A DNA stretch of 64,000 nucleotides from Pseudogymnoascus verrucosus. Taxonomy: Eukaryota. Where the stretch lies: assembly GCA_001662655.1 (NCBI GenBank), contig KV460237.1; one strand, written 5' to 3'. Below, piece by piece: positions 49,181-60,798 of the stretch. The position numbers and the translations under genes were made by a program. Each line of letters begins with the position of its first letter. The stretch's first letter is position 1. Below the pieces are notes generated by a model, which ran no database searches, had not been told where the DNA came from, and worked only from the letters and a program-made list of their open reading frames with translations.

Positions 49181-50481
49181 TCAAGCTTTCTTAAACTCGG
49201 CCGCAACAGCCTCCACCTCCCCCTTAAAACTCCCCATAAAATCCCCCTTTGTCCTCTTCGGAGCCCACCCAAGCTCCCGACTGAGCTTAGCACGAGACCG
49301 CGAGCTATTCCAATGTCAGCACTATCCAGACCACAATCTAACCACATCAAAAACTCACTTGGATCCAAATCCCAGCTCGGCGTATTGTTTATCACCGCCC
49401 GTCCACAAATCAGCGCCCTCCTGGAGAGAAATCGACTTCACCACATTCGTCTTGATGAGGTCCTTCTTGAACAACTCGTCTGCCAGGCCCTGAGACAGCT
49501 GCTTCCACGAATAATCCTCCGTCTCCGAGAAATAGATACCCTTCTTTCCAGACGGTATCTTCTCGCCCGAAAGAGCCTTAAAGAGGAGGAGTTCATAGAG
49601 AGGCGCTAGATCCGCGATATGCACAGCATCCCATACTCCTGCCCCATCACCCATAACAACAGCTTGCCCTGATTTAATGAACGTGCGGATGAGTATGGGC
49701 AGCTGGATGGATCTGCGATTGAACTTGCCGGTCCCGTCGCCGTAGATGGTTGGGGACATGATGAGGTGGGTTGGTACATTGAGTTCGAGGCCTGTGTCGA
49801 TGGCGACTAGGTCTGTGGTGCGTTGCTGATACGGCTCGGCGGCCTCGCGTGTTTTGAGGTAGCTGTAGAGGTCATCGTTGTCGGTGAGGATGCGGGACTC
49901 GTGGTACTCCTTTGACAGTGGTTTATCCGCGATGTTGGAAGTTCCGGTCGTCTTTAAAAATTAGTAAAGGAACCTGCTGGGTGTTTGAACGCTGCTGAAG
50001 TGACGTACGTGGAAGTAGTAGACTTCTTTGCCAGTCTCCTTTTTCCTCTGGCTGAGACCAACGATGAGAGCCCTGGCTAGACCGGAGTGGAAGCCAGAAG
50101 CAGTGTTTATAACGACTGGGGACTTAATTAGTTTCAGGAACATTCTCACGTTCTCGATGACCTACTGTCATGCTCACTCGCCGCAGCCGTAATAGTGCCC
50201 GCATCGTCAAAGCCCGTGAAGTAGATAGAAGTGATACCGTCCCTTGCAAGAACAGCGCCCTTCTCTTCGTCTCTCACGAGAACAGAAATGTCAAGGTCCC
50301 GAATCGACTCATGCTTTGATTCAAGCAGCGTGGTTAGGACGGAGCCTCCGCTGTTTGACAAGGTCAGAATTGAGATCGTGCACGAATTGAGCACTGGCTG
50401 GAAGCTTCTTTCTTACATGTACCCGGTGGCTCCTGTCAAGAGAAGGCGGAGCGATGCCGTTGCTTTAGTCGGAGTACCCAT
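49181..50481 (-). CDS. NAD-dependent epimerase/dehydratase (extended SDR), multi-exon
   Basis: LLLTGATGY[I]GGSVL, VINTAS, TTGTSN, PTIYGDGTG, VHIADLA, LSRELGWAP. Confidence 0.85.
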
Positions 50482-51450
50482 TTCTCTGTAGGTATTCACA
50501 GGTTGAGGTCTGTTTGAGAGTAGAGAGATATCAAGAAACAAGATGCTTTGACGGAATATAAAAAATGTGAAAGAGAGAGAGAGATGATACTTATATTCTT
50601 TACCGTCAGTGTGTAAATAAAAATATATATATGACGCAATTACTGTTTACAAATATCTACAACGATTAGATACTCACAAACATGGCGAATGAGAATGCGG
50701 AGGCATGATCGTGATTTCTAAGCAACAATCTGTATCTTCCGCCGAGTACCAAAAATCAGCCAATGACGCCAAGACGAACCGTGCCGTTACTACGATCTAA
50801 CGATCGTTGGGTGTGGAGACAAATATGCCTGTCACTTAGCTCCCTTGGTCGCAGAAATTTCCTAATCGGGCGTAAGGCGGCTGGTAGTGCCGTTGCTGCG
50901 CCAGAAGGGGGTCGAGATATATGTAAGCATAGATTTCTAAACCTTCATTACCAATTTATTACCATGTGAATCCATACTCCTACTTACTCTGTACTGAGAT
51001 GAGATGGTGAATGCTGGACACAACTGTGCGAAAGATGGCTGAGCTCCGTGTTCTCCATTTTGAAGTGAGTGCCAAGATGAGCAAGAGAGAGTAAGTAGTC
51101 GTTCGGCGGTTCTTGCTGAATGGTCTATGAGTTGAGCTCAAGACTATGCCTGTACATCTGAAAGGGACTGGTATGTTGCACCTCTTTCCCTGCCGTGTGC
51201 GGCAGTGTTGGGCATGAACCGTCAAGCAATTATATAAAGTCAACAATTCCCCCTCCCACGACAAGAACAATTCCTCCCTCTTTCACCAGCAAGTCTCCCT
51301 CTTCTCCTGCAACACTGCCAGCAAACCTCACATCCCATCACCTATTGAAACACCACCAGCAATCCCCCCATCCTATTACCCACCGCACCACCACCAGCAA
51401 GCCTCTCACACACACACCTCACAGTAACACCAATCCCACCCCCGTCCACC

Positions 51451-51857
51451 ATGTCCCAACCAATCACCGAAATCGTCCAATTCAAACTCCAACCCAACGC
51501 CTCCATCGAAGACCAAATGCCCGAATTCACCCGCCTCCTGCAGCGCCAACCCGGCTTCCTGCATCTCGCCTGGGGACGTAGGGTTGAGTCCCCGGACAAC
51601 GTCCAGATGCTCATAAGTACCTCCCCCCTCCTTCTGAGCTGAGGTCCGGGCCTCGTGTAACGTGCCGAATTGTGTGACTAACTCTCTGGCCAGATTGGGA
51701 TACCATCGAGTCGCACCATCAGTTTGAGAAGTCGGGAGCCGATTATGCGGCCTTAGGGGTGATTGTGAAGTCGCTGGTTGCGGAACCACCGGTGGTGTAT
51801 CATGTTAATTTCAAGTCTGATAATGGGTTGGTGATCCAGAGCACTTCGGCTACTTAG
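51451..51857 (+). CDS. Small dimeric alpha/beta-barrel (ABM-like) protein; intron 51617-51693
   Basis: PITEIV...QPGF...WGRRVESP...LI[N]WDTIESH pattern; the splice keeps the frame. Confidence 0.72.
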
Positions 51858-52115
51858 GTGTGGTGTTGTGGATTGTTGTACTGGTGTTCTACTACTGCCA
51901 GTACCTGAGAAAGGATAGGGGTTAAGGGGATCGCAGAAGGTTGTCAGCGGGGGAGCTGGAGGGAGAAAAGAAATAGGGGGATAGCAGGTTTTAGTCCGCT
52001 CTGATTGCACAAGGCAATGACATCTGCAACCTCAAACCAAAAAAATGATGGCTCTAAGTTGAAGATCAATCTCTATCAAATCTATTCCACTACACCCCCA
52101 CCAACCCACCACCCC

Positions 52116-52604
52116 CTACGCCTTCCTAATCCTAATAACCACCTCCTTCTTTCCAATCGCCGTCGTAGCCCCCCCAAACGCCAACGGCCCCGACGCGCAA
52201 TGACTAACAATCCATCTCGCCGAGATCCCCACATCATTACAGGGCACCGATGCGGTCCCGCCCATAAGCCCATTATACCCCGTGATCGCCACATCTCCCT
52301 TCGTCACGAAGACGACGCTTTCTTGCCCGACGACGCAGGGCGTGTTGCCGAGAGAGATTAGGTAGTTTATTCCCAAAAGGATGTTGGCGCGGGTTAGTTG
52401 GACGGTGTCGCAGGTGTTTAGGTCGGTGAAGGTGGTGGGGGTGTTGGGGGTGGTGAGATTGAGAGATTCGAGGCTGGGAGGGTTGGGGGTGGTGAGATTG
52501 AGAGATTCGAGGCTGGGAGGGTTGGTGGAGTCTGCTGAGAGGGCGGTGGTGAAGGTTGTGGTAAAAACGAGGAGGGCAAAAGGGAGGGTGGATAATCTGG
52601 TCAT
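52116..52604 (-). CDS. Small secreted Cys-containing protein, possibly KP4/Ecp2-like
   Basis: Signal peptide, duplicated NPPSLESLNLTTP, and C...INYL..LG..PC.V...C.DV...A..I..HC...GG core. Confidence 0.7.
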   Translation of the reverse strand: MTRLSTLPFALLVFTTTFTTALSADSTNPPSLESLNLTTPNPPSLESLNLTTPNTPTTFTDLNTCDTVQLTRANILLGINYLISLGNTPCVVGQESVVFVTKGDVAITGYNGLMGGTASVPCNDVGISARWIVSHCASGPLAFGGATTAIGKKEVVIRIRKA

Positions 52605-53945
52605 TTTTAGAGTGAAGCTCGAGTTGTTGTAGGGGTCGTTTTAAGATAGTTTGGGTATGGAGTTTGGAGTTTTTGGAAAGAGCACTGGTTGTATAAAGTT
52701 GGATATAAGTCTGGGAGAACAGCTGCAAGCAGTATTCGGCTTTATGAGGTTGATAACATGATAATGAGAGCTCCTCAAAAAGATCTTCTTCTCGCATCTC
52801 GCATCTCAGGAGAGAACTTTATATAAGACGATTCTGGAGAAAGGTTGCACAAAGACTGCAAATTTTATTATTGCTCAACCAACATCTCTACTTGTGAAAT
52901 TCTTAAAACACTGTCTGGTGGCACAGTAGGACCTCCGCATACAAATATAACCGAGGCTTGATATCAGCAAGAGTAGTTGAGGTATTCTAACTTCCTGGTA
53001 TTGTAGGGGAGTTCATAGCTACTGTGGCAATAGGGCCATGTAGCTCGAAAAGTGTCCAGCATCGAGGGGTGTTCGTAGGTTGAGCGGTGGTGTTCGTGAA
53101 TGAGGAACTAACAGAGCAGTGTTACTCACACCACATATATGCAGTGAAAATATGGCCCAGGCCAATGGAATTATGGCCATTTGTCTTCCCTAACTTATAA
53201 TCAACATTGCTGTTTGACAGGTCTCAGCCCTCATTCTCGTTCTGTTGTCGTTCCTTTTGCCCCGTTGTTTCTGACAATCACCATGTGGGTTCACCTATCA
53301 ACCCCCCGCACATTGTTGTGGAGAATGAAGAAGATCTACCCTGTCGAATATACACCTGAGATCAACCACTGGCACATTGGTTCTCAAGGAATGCAGTAAT
53401 AGCACCGTTGAGACCAGTGAGGTTGCACAAGAATCGCGCGAACGAGGGAGTGAGGACCGCATCATCACTATCTCCAATCCCCAACTCTCGTCCTTACGTA
53501 CAACCAACCTCCTTGCCTAAGCACTCCCGTCTCATCCGCGATCCTAATCCTCCGAGTTGATTAGTAAGGAAGTAAACGCCCTTTTGAAGACAACCAAAGA
53601 CAGACGTCCGCGCCGGCGGAACCTTATTTTAACGGGTCCATTTACAAATCCTTGGCAGGTCCTACTTGTGTCCTCGCGCGAAGCTAGCCCGAAGAAGCAA
53701 CTTTTGCTTTCCTATATTCAGTGGTTCAGGCTTCAAGATGTTCTGTTTTAGCGCGCAATCGAGAGTTAGGTGTTATTGCGCGTTTTTGCAGTTCGGTGGG
53801 AATAAAGCGAATAGTTAGTAAGTCATACGCTTTGTTAGCAATTATATATCATAAACTGAGAAGCTGGCATAATTATTGGTTCGAAGACCAACAAGGTAGC
53901 AGATAATATAAGAAAGCTGCTCCGTGCAGCTCTTGGCCTCTCATA

Positions 53946-56900
53946 ACGTGCATCCCTGCATTGAGGGACGCACCCCATGACAGGACAAATATTAGTACTT
54001 TGAATTTAATTGATTCTAAATTTGTAAGTCCATTGAAAATTCTAGTATTTTTGTGTCAGTCATGTTGTGTGACCACCTCCTAAATAGCCCAAACCCTAGC
54101 TACTCTGAAATTTACGATCACGTCGTCGCCGTCGCGCCTAGTTGCGGAGGGCGTCAATTTGAAGTATAATAGGACCCCTCGATCTACAGCACCACCCGAG
54201 CTCGTTGCACCTTTCAAACTCATATAACACTTTGATGTGGGTTTCCGAGCCTCACCACAATGCTGAAAAATCATTTTCAGCCTTGTGGTGACTAGGGAGT
54301 ACCCTGTCTTCAAGTAGTCGAGATGATGCTTGGGGACGCACACTGGCCCCCGATTGTCTGCTGGGCAAAGGCACCGCTATTTAGGAGCAGCAGGGAGCAG
54401 CACACGGCTTGGAGAGTGATAAGTAGCATTGTCAAGTGTATGTCACTTGATGGTACTATATTGATATAATGTTGCCCTAGTTTGATGACACACAATACTA
54501 CCAAGACAAGATGGGGGGATAGGAATGGTTTATATTGCGCATTATCGCCTTTCCCTGATATAGCCTGTATTGCTGTGAATCTATCTCCGAAGGGTAAGAC
54601 GGAGAGATGGAAAACTGGATTTGGGGAACCTATCAATAGGAATGGTGCACGGATCGGATCGTCCCGGTTGATTTGACAAGCTTACAAAGTAGTGACGACA
54701 AATAGACCAACAAATAAGCTGAAAACTACGATAGGAGCGCACGCCTGAGATGTTAACCAACGTTTCCTGACGGCGATATATTGAAGAGCGCACATAGAAA
54801 CCATTTGAATAGCAGAAAATAATTATACGCCGCGTGAGTCATCCGGATGAAGTCGAGGGAAGCTTTGGACCCCAAGCCGCGGCGTAGCACAGCGATCTTG
54901 CCGCATATATATCTCAATCGTGAGGCCGTATGAGTTGTCTTACAAACAGAAACTAGCCATGTCAACGATAATGGAGGACTCTAATGCCGGAGATATGGCG
55001 AATCATGAATACCCCCGCGACAAAACGCGGCCTATGCACATTCTCCATCTTCCAATGGATATCCTCCTTAGTATTTTCGACCACGTCCACAATGATAGAA
55101 ACATAAAATTGCACATTCGCCGCGATGACCACGACATCAAAACCATTCAAAGCGCTCGTCTTGTCTGTACTCTCTTCAACCGCCTTGGATCGCCGTTTCT
55201 ATGCCCAATCCTCACGGTGCAACTAGATCAGGCATCCCTTGACTGCGCAGATAAGATTTCAAGGGCACCGCTCATTGCAGCGGGGGTCCGCAGCATTGAT
55301 GTCGTGCTCCACTACTGCCCGAAAGAACTTGCAGAGGACCTGTCACGGTACAAAAACCAGCGGGAGAATGACCTAAATTCACTGAGCAGTAGCTGTGACT
55401 ACCAGGCTGAGACGTGGTATCTAGGTGGACACGATCCCGATGATGAGACGGTGTGTGAACAGCCTCTAAGGGTGTATAATAAGGCGATGGCAGATTACAG
55501 CGCTATTATCTCAGCGTGGGATGAGTATATTGGCCAGCCGGATGTGGCTTCGACGGACGAGGATACGCTTAAGTATCAGGAGATCCTCCGGCAGGGTCAC
55601 GAAGAGTATAAGCAGAAGCACAAAGAGCAGTTTAGACTGATCATGGACGGGTCTTTCGTTGAGACCTTGGCGTTGGCGATATCCCGGATGAGACATGGCA
55701 CTTCTTTACATTTCGTCGACGAAATAGGTGGCTGGGATTACCTGAACCGATGTTCAGACGACCCAACTCGTATGTCAACCCACCCAGACGAGCTGCCCCG
55801 ACTTATGGCCATTCCGTTGGACTGGCGGACAATTGAAAATCTTGAAGGAGGGGCAGAACTCTTACCCGCGAAAATCCTTTCTGAGCTACCAATCGCCATC
55901 CACAAAGCAGGCGCAACCGTCCTCGACATACTAATCCGTTGCTTCCCGACCGTAAAAAATTACTCCATGATTCGCCCTAGCCATGACCCAAATAACCCCT
56001 CCTGGCCAGACCTCCGCTCTGCAAGCCAGCACCTCACGGAATTCTTTTTAAGTACAAACCAACCGCCGATCCGCGACCGCCATCTCCGACCCGAGGAGCA
56101 CTGCCCCATCGACCAGTACCTCTGCGCTATTCTCTCTGGGCATGACATCGAAGACGTACGCCTCTATTTCCACGGATCAAATGTTAACGACGGCGGCTTG
56201 TATCGCATAGGTACCATCCTTGCCACCGCTAATTGGCCGCGCCTTAAGCGATTCTCTATCTCGGACGTCTCGTTAGACCCGGGCAAGCTAGAAAATTTCT
56301 TCCGCAAGCTGGATGGTAGCAGGATGGAGCGAGTCTACCTGCGCAATGTGGAGTTGCTGGATGGGAACTGGGCAGGGGCGCTGGATCTACTACGCGAGAG
56401 GGTGGCGTCAAGGTGCCTGGATGGAAAATGTGAAGTCGAAATTAGTAAGCTTAAAGGGGGGGGGTTTGGAAAAGGGATATTAACAAAAAACAACTCTTCG
56501 CTTTGGTTCAGTGGTGAGGAGTCAGATGAGGAGGAAGATGAGGGGGAGAAGCTCATTGCGCAGGCGCAAAGTTATGTCTCGGGCGCTAGATTACAGCACC
56601 CGCTAAGGGTTGAGTAATGCTAGACCGTACAGCCGCCACAAGGCTGATGACGATCTCCTGCATCGTAGTGGGGCCTTAAAGCTTAGATAAGACTCTCTTA
56701 TGGGTATTAGGAGTGATAAGAGTTCGTGGTGATGCTGTAGCTCGAGGGGTTCTATTATGCTTCGAATTGATGCCCTCCGTAATCAGGCGCAACAGCGACG
56801 ACGTGATCGTAAATTTTAGAGTAGCCGGGGTTTGGACTGTTTAGGAGTAGCCACACAACACGACTGACACAAAAATACTAGAATTTTCAATGGACTCACA

Positions 56901-56978
56901 AATTTAGAATCAATTGAATTCAAAGTACTAGTAGCTTGTCCCGTCACAGGGTGCGTCCTGTGATGCAGGGATTCACGT
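53946..56978. mobile_element. Non-autonomous cargo-carrying TIR element (ACGT termini, TA target duplication), TIRs ~343 bp
   Basis: 53946-54288 is the imperfect reverse complement of 56636-56978; TA|ACGTGCATCCCTGCAT ... ATGCAGGGATTCACGT|TA. Confidence 0.88.
54959..56617 (+). CDS. Intronless F-box-like protein with LRR-like C-terminus (cargo of the TIR element)
   Basis: ILHLPMDILLSIFDHV...IQSARLVCTLFNRLGSPFL; WPRLKRFSI...VYLRNVELLDGNWAGALDLLR. Confidence 0.8.
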   Translation: MSTIMEDSNAGDMANHEYPRDKTRPMHILHLPMDILLSIFDHVHNDRNIKLHIRRDDHDIKTIQSARLVCTLFNRLGSPFLCPILTVQLDQASLDCADKISRAPLIAAGVRSIDVVLHYCPKELAEDLSRYKNQRENDLNSLSSSCDYQAETWYLGGHDPDDETVCEQPLRVYNKAMADYSAIISAWDEYIGQPDVASTDEDTLKYQEILRQGHEEYKQKHKEQFRLIMDGSFVETLALAISRMRHGTSLHFVDEIGGWDYLNRCSDDPTRMSTHPDELPRLMAIPLDWRTIENLEGGAELLPAKILSELPIAIHKAGATVLDILIRCFPTVKNYSMIRPSHDPNNPSWPDLRSASQHLTEFFLSTNQPPIRDRHLRPEEHCPIDQYLCAILSGHDIEDVRLYFHGSNVNDGGLYRIGTILATANWPRLKRFSISDVSLDPGKLENFFRKLDGSRMERVYLRNVELLDGNWAGALDLLRERVASRCLDGKCEVEISKLKGGGFGKGILTKNNSSLWFSGEESDEEEDEGEKLIAQAQSYVSGARLQHPLRVE

Positions 56979-57036
56979 TAATCTTCCGACGATTTTGCAT
57001 GTTGATATGAGTACAAATACCTCCAAATACATCAAC

Positions 57037-57754
57037 ATGGCCGGTAGCCCCTCCGAATTCCCCTTCGACAACAGCTTCTTCACAGATATCCCCAACACTC
57101 CTTCCCTATCTCCCAACACAACCCCCTCCCATCAGCAACCCCACTACCCCAAATTCCCACTCACAGAACCCCTCCCGCCGCCAGCGCCGCACCATGAAAC
57201 CCGCCTGCTTCGAATCCTCCACCACTGGCTCATCCTTCCAGGACGCCTTTCATAGACCCATCTCAGTATGCATACACCCCTTCCTTCTTTCCCATCCGTC
57301 CCCTCCTCCCCATCCAAAAATAAACACTAACCACCCATTAGCAACGTCGCAAATCCCAAACCGCACCTCCCAACGCGCCTTCCGCCAACGCCGGACTGAG
57401 CGCCTCCTCGCTCTCCAGTCCCGCGTCGCAGGTCTCGAAAAGCAAGTCGACGCGGCGAAAGTGGTGAATCGGCTATTAGCACAGATGACCTGTTTGCGAG
57501 CTCTCGGAGAGACGGAGGTGGATGAGGTGGCTGGGGAACCGCCTTCTTGTGATGAGGGGACGGGGTTTCAGACGTGTGATTTGACGTTGTTGGGACAGGG
57601 GTTGGGAAGGGGGTATTGGGATGCGTTTGCAGGCAGGGAAGGAGAATTTGAGGCGGATGATAGGGTGGATTGGCAGACGGGGGGGTTGGGCGAGGGGGCG
57701 CTTTCGGAGGCGTCGCTGTTTGGGCGGGTGCTGGATGGGGCGGGGTGGGCGTGA
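57037..57754 (+). pseudogene. bZIP (Yap/AP-1-like) gene with apparent frameshifts
   Basis: After the intron, QRRKSQ and NRTSQRAFRQRR...LQSRVAGLE are one base out of frame (CCCAAACCGC at ~57355-57364); the upstream part also switches frame. Confidence 0.6.
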
Positions 57755-57952
57755 GTGACGGCATTGGAGGGGTTGGTTTTTGATTGATGTTTGGATTGCG
57801 TTGGAGTCTGGCGTGGGTAAAAAGCACGAGACTGAAGACCCTGGTGGTGATAAAGGATTTGATTTAATATTTAAAGTAGATGTTGATCTCATATAAGCTT
57901 ATATAGCCATACTTACTTAACCTACTTTCCAACGCATCAGCCATACTGGCCA

Positions 57953-59551
57953 TTACTTAGCAGCTTCCAACGCCTGCACCAAACTCCCCATCAAAGCCAG
58001 TCCCCCACTTTGAGTCTCCACCGTCCTGCCCCTACCATTATCATTGGGGTCCGCCGCCGCCGCATTTTCAACCGGGCTCATTCCTTGCTCTGACACAAGC
58101 GGGTTGCTCGACAGGCGCCACACCTTGTTCAGCGGGATACCTTTATTCCTCACATCCGCAGCCCCCGAAGGCTGCACAGGCGCGCTCTTAGCATTTGATG
58201 CAACCGCTGCTGCCCCAGCATTCCACCAACCGCCATACTTTCCATCAGCATTGCGCGTGCTATATGCCGCTTGCGCATTATGCAGGATCCACGGCTGATA
58301 CCCGTTGCAGACCTCCTGGTGAGCCTGGGCCTGCGCATCTGTGCCGTTGAAGATAACAGTCTCCTTCTTGCTGAGCGCGATCGGCTGGCAGAACAGTGTA
58401 AGGTGATGGAAGAAGATGCCCTTGAAGTTCTGGCCGTCCTGGCTGCAGGTGCTGTCGGCATCGCAGGTTTCTTGTAGGATACCGTTGCTGCCGAGGCCGG
58501 ACCAGGTGTTTGTTTGCTGGGTTGGGGATACCCAACCTGTAGCCGCGATAACGTCCTTTATGAGGGTGTAGCCGTCAGAGAGATAGTCTGTGCTGCCTGT
58601 TGCATCCCATAGGCCGCGGAGTCCCGAGAGGATGACGCCTTGGTTGTAGGTGTAGACGCTTTCGTCTCGTGAATCGCATTTCCCGGTCCCGATGTTGTCT
58701 GGGCTGGTCCAACCAGTGATGTGAAACCCATCTGTATACAGCCCCTGTGAGTTCTTCATGTTGCTCGTTGAGAGCCATTTGTACTCTTCGATGGCAGCAT
58801 TAAGGTACCTCTCGTCGTGTGCTGGTATTGGGAGTAGTGCCTCCGAAGGGTCGTAGGCTTTCCCAGGCTCTGAGTAAGGGCTTGGATTGTCGTCTCCTGG
58901 GGAATAAAGATACATGGAAATGCTCGCCGAGAGGTAAAGCTCGTTGGTGATGGCGTTTTTATACGGCGTGAGTGTATCAGTCCAGACCATCCCGCCACCG
59001 CACAACTTGGTGTCGTATCCCTTCGAAGCCAGATCCCAGAAAATACGAGAACGATGAGCAAAGTCTCCAATATGTTGCTGACCGTCGAATGTCGAGTCAA
59101 TAGTGGAGTATACATTGATGAATTTGATGGCTTCCAACCATTCCAGAACTACCCATTCCTGATCGTCGAATTTCTGTGTTTGCAGCGATTCCACATTCTC
59201 GCCACCGTAAAAGGAAACAATTTGAGAGAAATATTTGGTGATATCATCGCTGTAGGTACCTGCATCATACATGGCCATTTCAGTCAGGGCTGCAGAGACG
59301 TGCGTGCTGGTTACCGCTGACGTCCAGTCAATCCCAGTTGGCCAAGTATTGGAGCTCCAATATTGAGACTGCATAACATCGAGGGTATTGACCATGGCTG
59401 AAAATGCTTCTCCAAGGGTCTCTAGGTCTCGAGACACGAGATTTGTCCCTCCATTTCTAAAATTGGGATCGAAAGGTTGAGGGAGCGCCAACGCTGTGTC
59501 AAGCACGACAACGAGTGGGATAATTAATGACAATCTTCCTAGACGAGGCAT
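57953..59551 (-). CDS. Secreted glycoside hydrolase family 76 (alpha-1,6-mannanase-like)
   Basis: Signal peptide, IDWT, FDDQEW catalytic DD, CGGGMVW, YKNAITNEL, YTYNQGVILSG, FKGIF. Confidence 0.92.
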   Translation of the reverse strand: MPRLGRLSLIIPLVVVLDTALALPQPFDPNFRNGGTNLVSRDLETLGEAFSAMVNTLDVMQSQYWSSNTWPTGIDWTSAVTSTHVSAALTEMAMYDAGTYSDDITKYFSQIVSFYGGENVESLQTQKFDDQEWVVLEWLEAIKFINVYSTIDSTFDGQQHIGDFAHRSRIFWDLASKGYDTKLCGGGMVWTDTLTPYKNAITNELYLSASISMYLYSPGDDNPSPYSEPGKAYDPSEALLPIPAHDERYLNAAIEEYKWLSTSNMKNSQGLYTDGFHITGWTSPDNIGTGKCDSRDESVYTYNQGVILSGLRGLWDATGSTDYLSDGYTLIKDVIAATGWVSPTQQTNTWSGLGSNGILQETCDADSTCSQDGQNFKGIFFHHLTLFCQPIALSKKETVIFNGTDAQAQAHQEVCNGYQPWILHNAQAAYSTRNADGKYGGWWNAGAAAVASNAKSAPVQPSGAADVRNKGIPLNKVWRLSSNPLVSEQGMSPVENAAAADPNDNGRGRTVETQSGGLALMGSLVQALEAAK

Positions 59552-60798
59552 CTTATATTATGTCCTCTCAAGAATTCAGAAAGAAAGAATTGGAGGGGCT
59601 GACAAAACGAAAACCTTAAAGAGGACCTACCACAGTCTTATAAACAGAAGCCCCAGGAACCTTCCAAGTAGCTCTGACTGACTGAGACCTTAGCAGAGAC
59701 AAATATAACCTTACCCCGCGGCAGCAGCCAGGTGCCGGAGTATGGATCATCACTGTGGAAGAGTTGGATGACCACCCTATCAACTAACGACCTTCTGGAT
59801 CAGGAGTATCAGAAGGATTCCCCACGCCCGTTCGCTTGCCGAACACCCACACAGTCGTAAAAAGCCGAGTGTAGTAGGGCCGTTGCGAGGCCGTTGCGAG
59901 CGTTGGTACTGCAACGTAGGATGCATCACAGCCACATGCCGGCTCTAAGAATGCTTAGTTGATGCTAAGATATCACGAGGCGCCTCTTCGACGAGCTAAA
60001 AATGTACCTGATTCTGGACCTTGATCATGTCATCTTATAGCGTCCCCCGCTTGATCCTTCGCCCCCAGCCATGATCGTTCGCTTGGTTTTGGATGCATCT
60101 TCGACATATATTTGTGTATTTTCAAGATGAAGAGGTCGGCCCGAGACGCGTCTAAGACAAGTCTAAACTTTGGTGGCACATCGAAACCCACCGAGGTTGG
60201 TTGAAACCACCTTAAGCTCCCGGTTGCGAGTTGTGTCTTATTGCCACGTGACCTGTTTAAATCCGTGGACAAAGTGATATGGACAAAGTAATACAGGAAG
60301 TTTTCGTTGTCGAGAACGATCAAAAACGATACTACAGAAACAACAAGCCCTGGTTGGGGGAGCTCAAATATCGGCTTCGGATATGCGATCTGTGGGAACT
60401 GTGCTGCCTAGGATAGCTTCAGCATGAATACAAAACTTCCATACCTGAGAAATAGGTGAAGAAGAAACGTAGGAAAAATTGGTGATCTAAATCGAATTGT
60501 CATGTCAGTCTAATGGCCTGCGTAGCATTCGCAGAAATTATCATGGCTGGATCTAATTGCTGTTGCTGCATATAGCACAGTGGCAAAATGAATGTATAGG
60601 TATCGAGTGAGTGCGAAGTCAGATCATGAATTTCTCTCCTGACGCCCAGTCAATCCCTATCGTTCGCTTTGATTTTTAGATGATCACACTTCATTTGATA
60701 TGGTGAAAGACGAATTGTATCTTAAAAACGCCATGGGCATTCTTCTTAAAACCGCTCCCAAGAAAAGAAATATATACAGTAATTAAGGAGAGGTCCGC

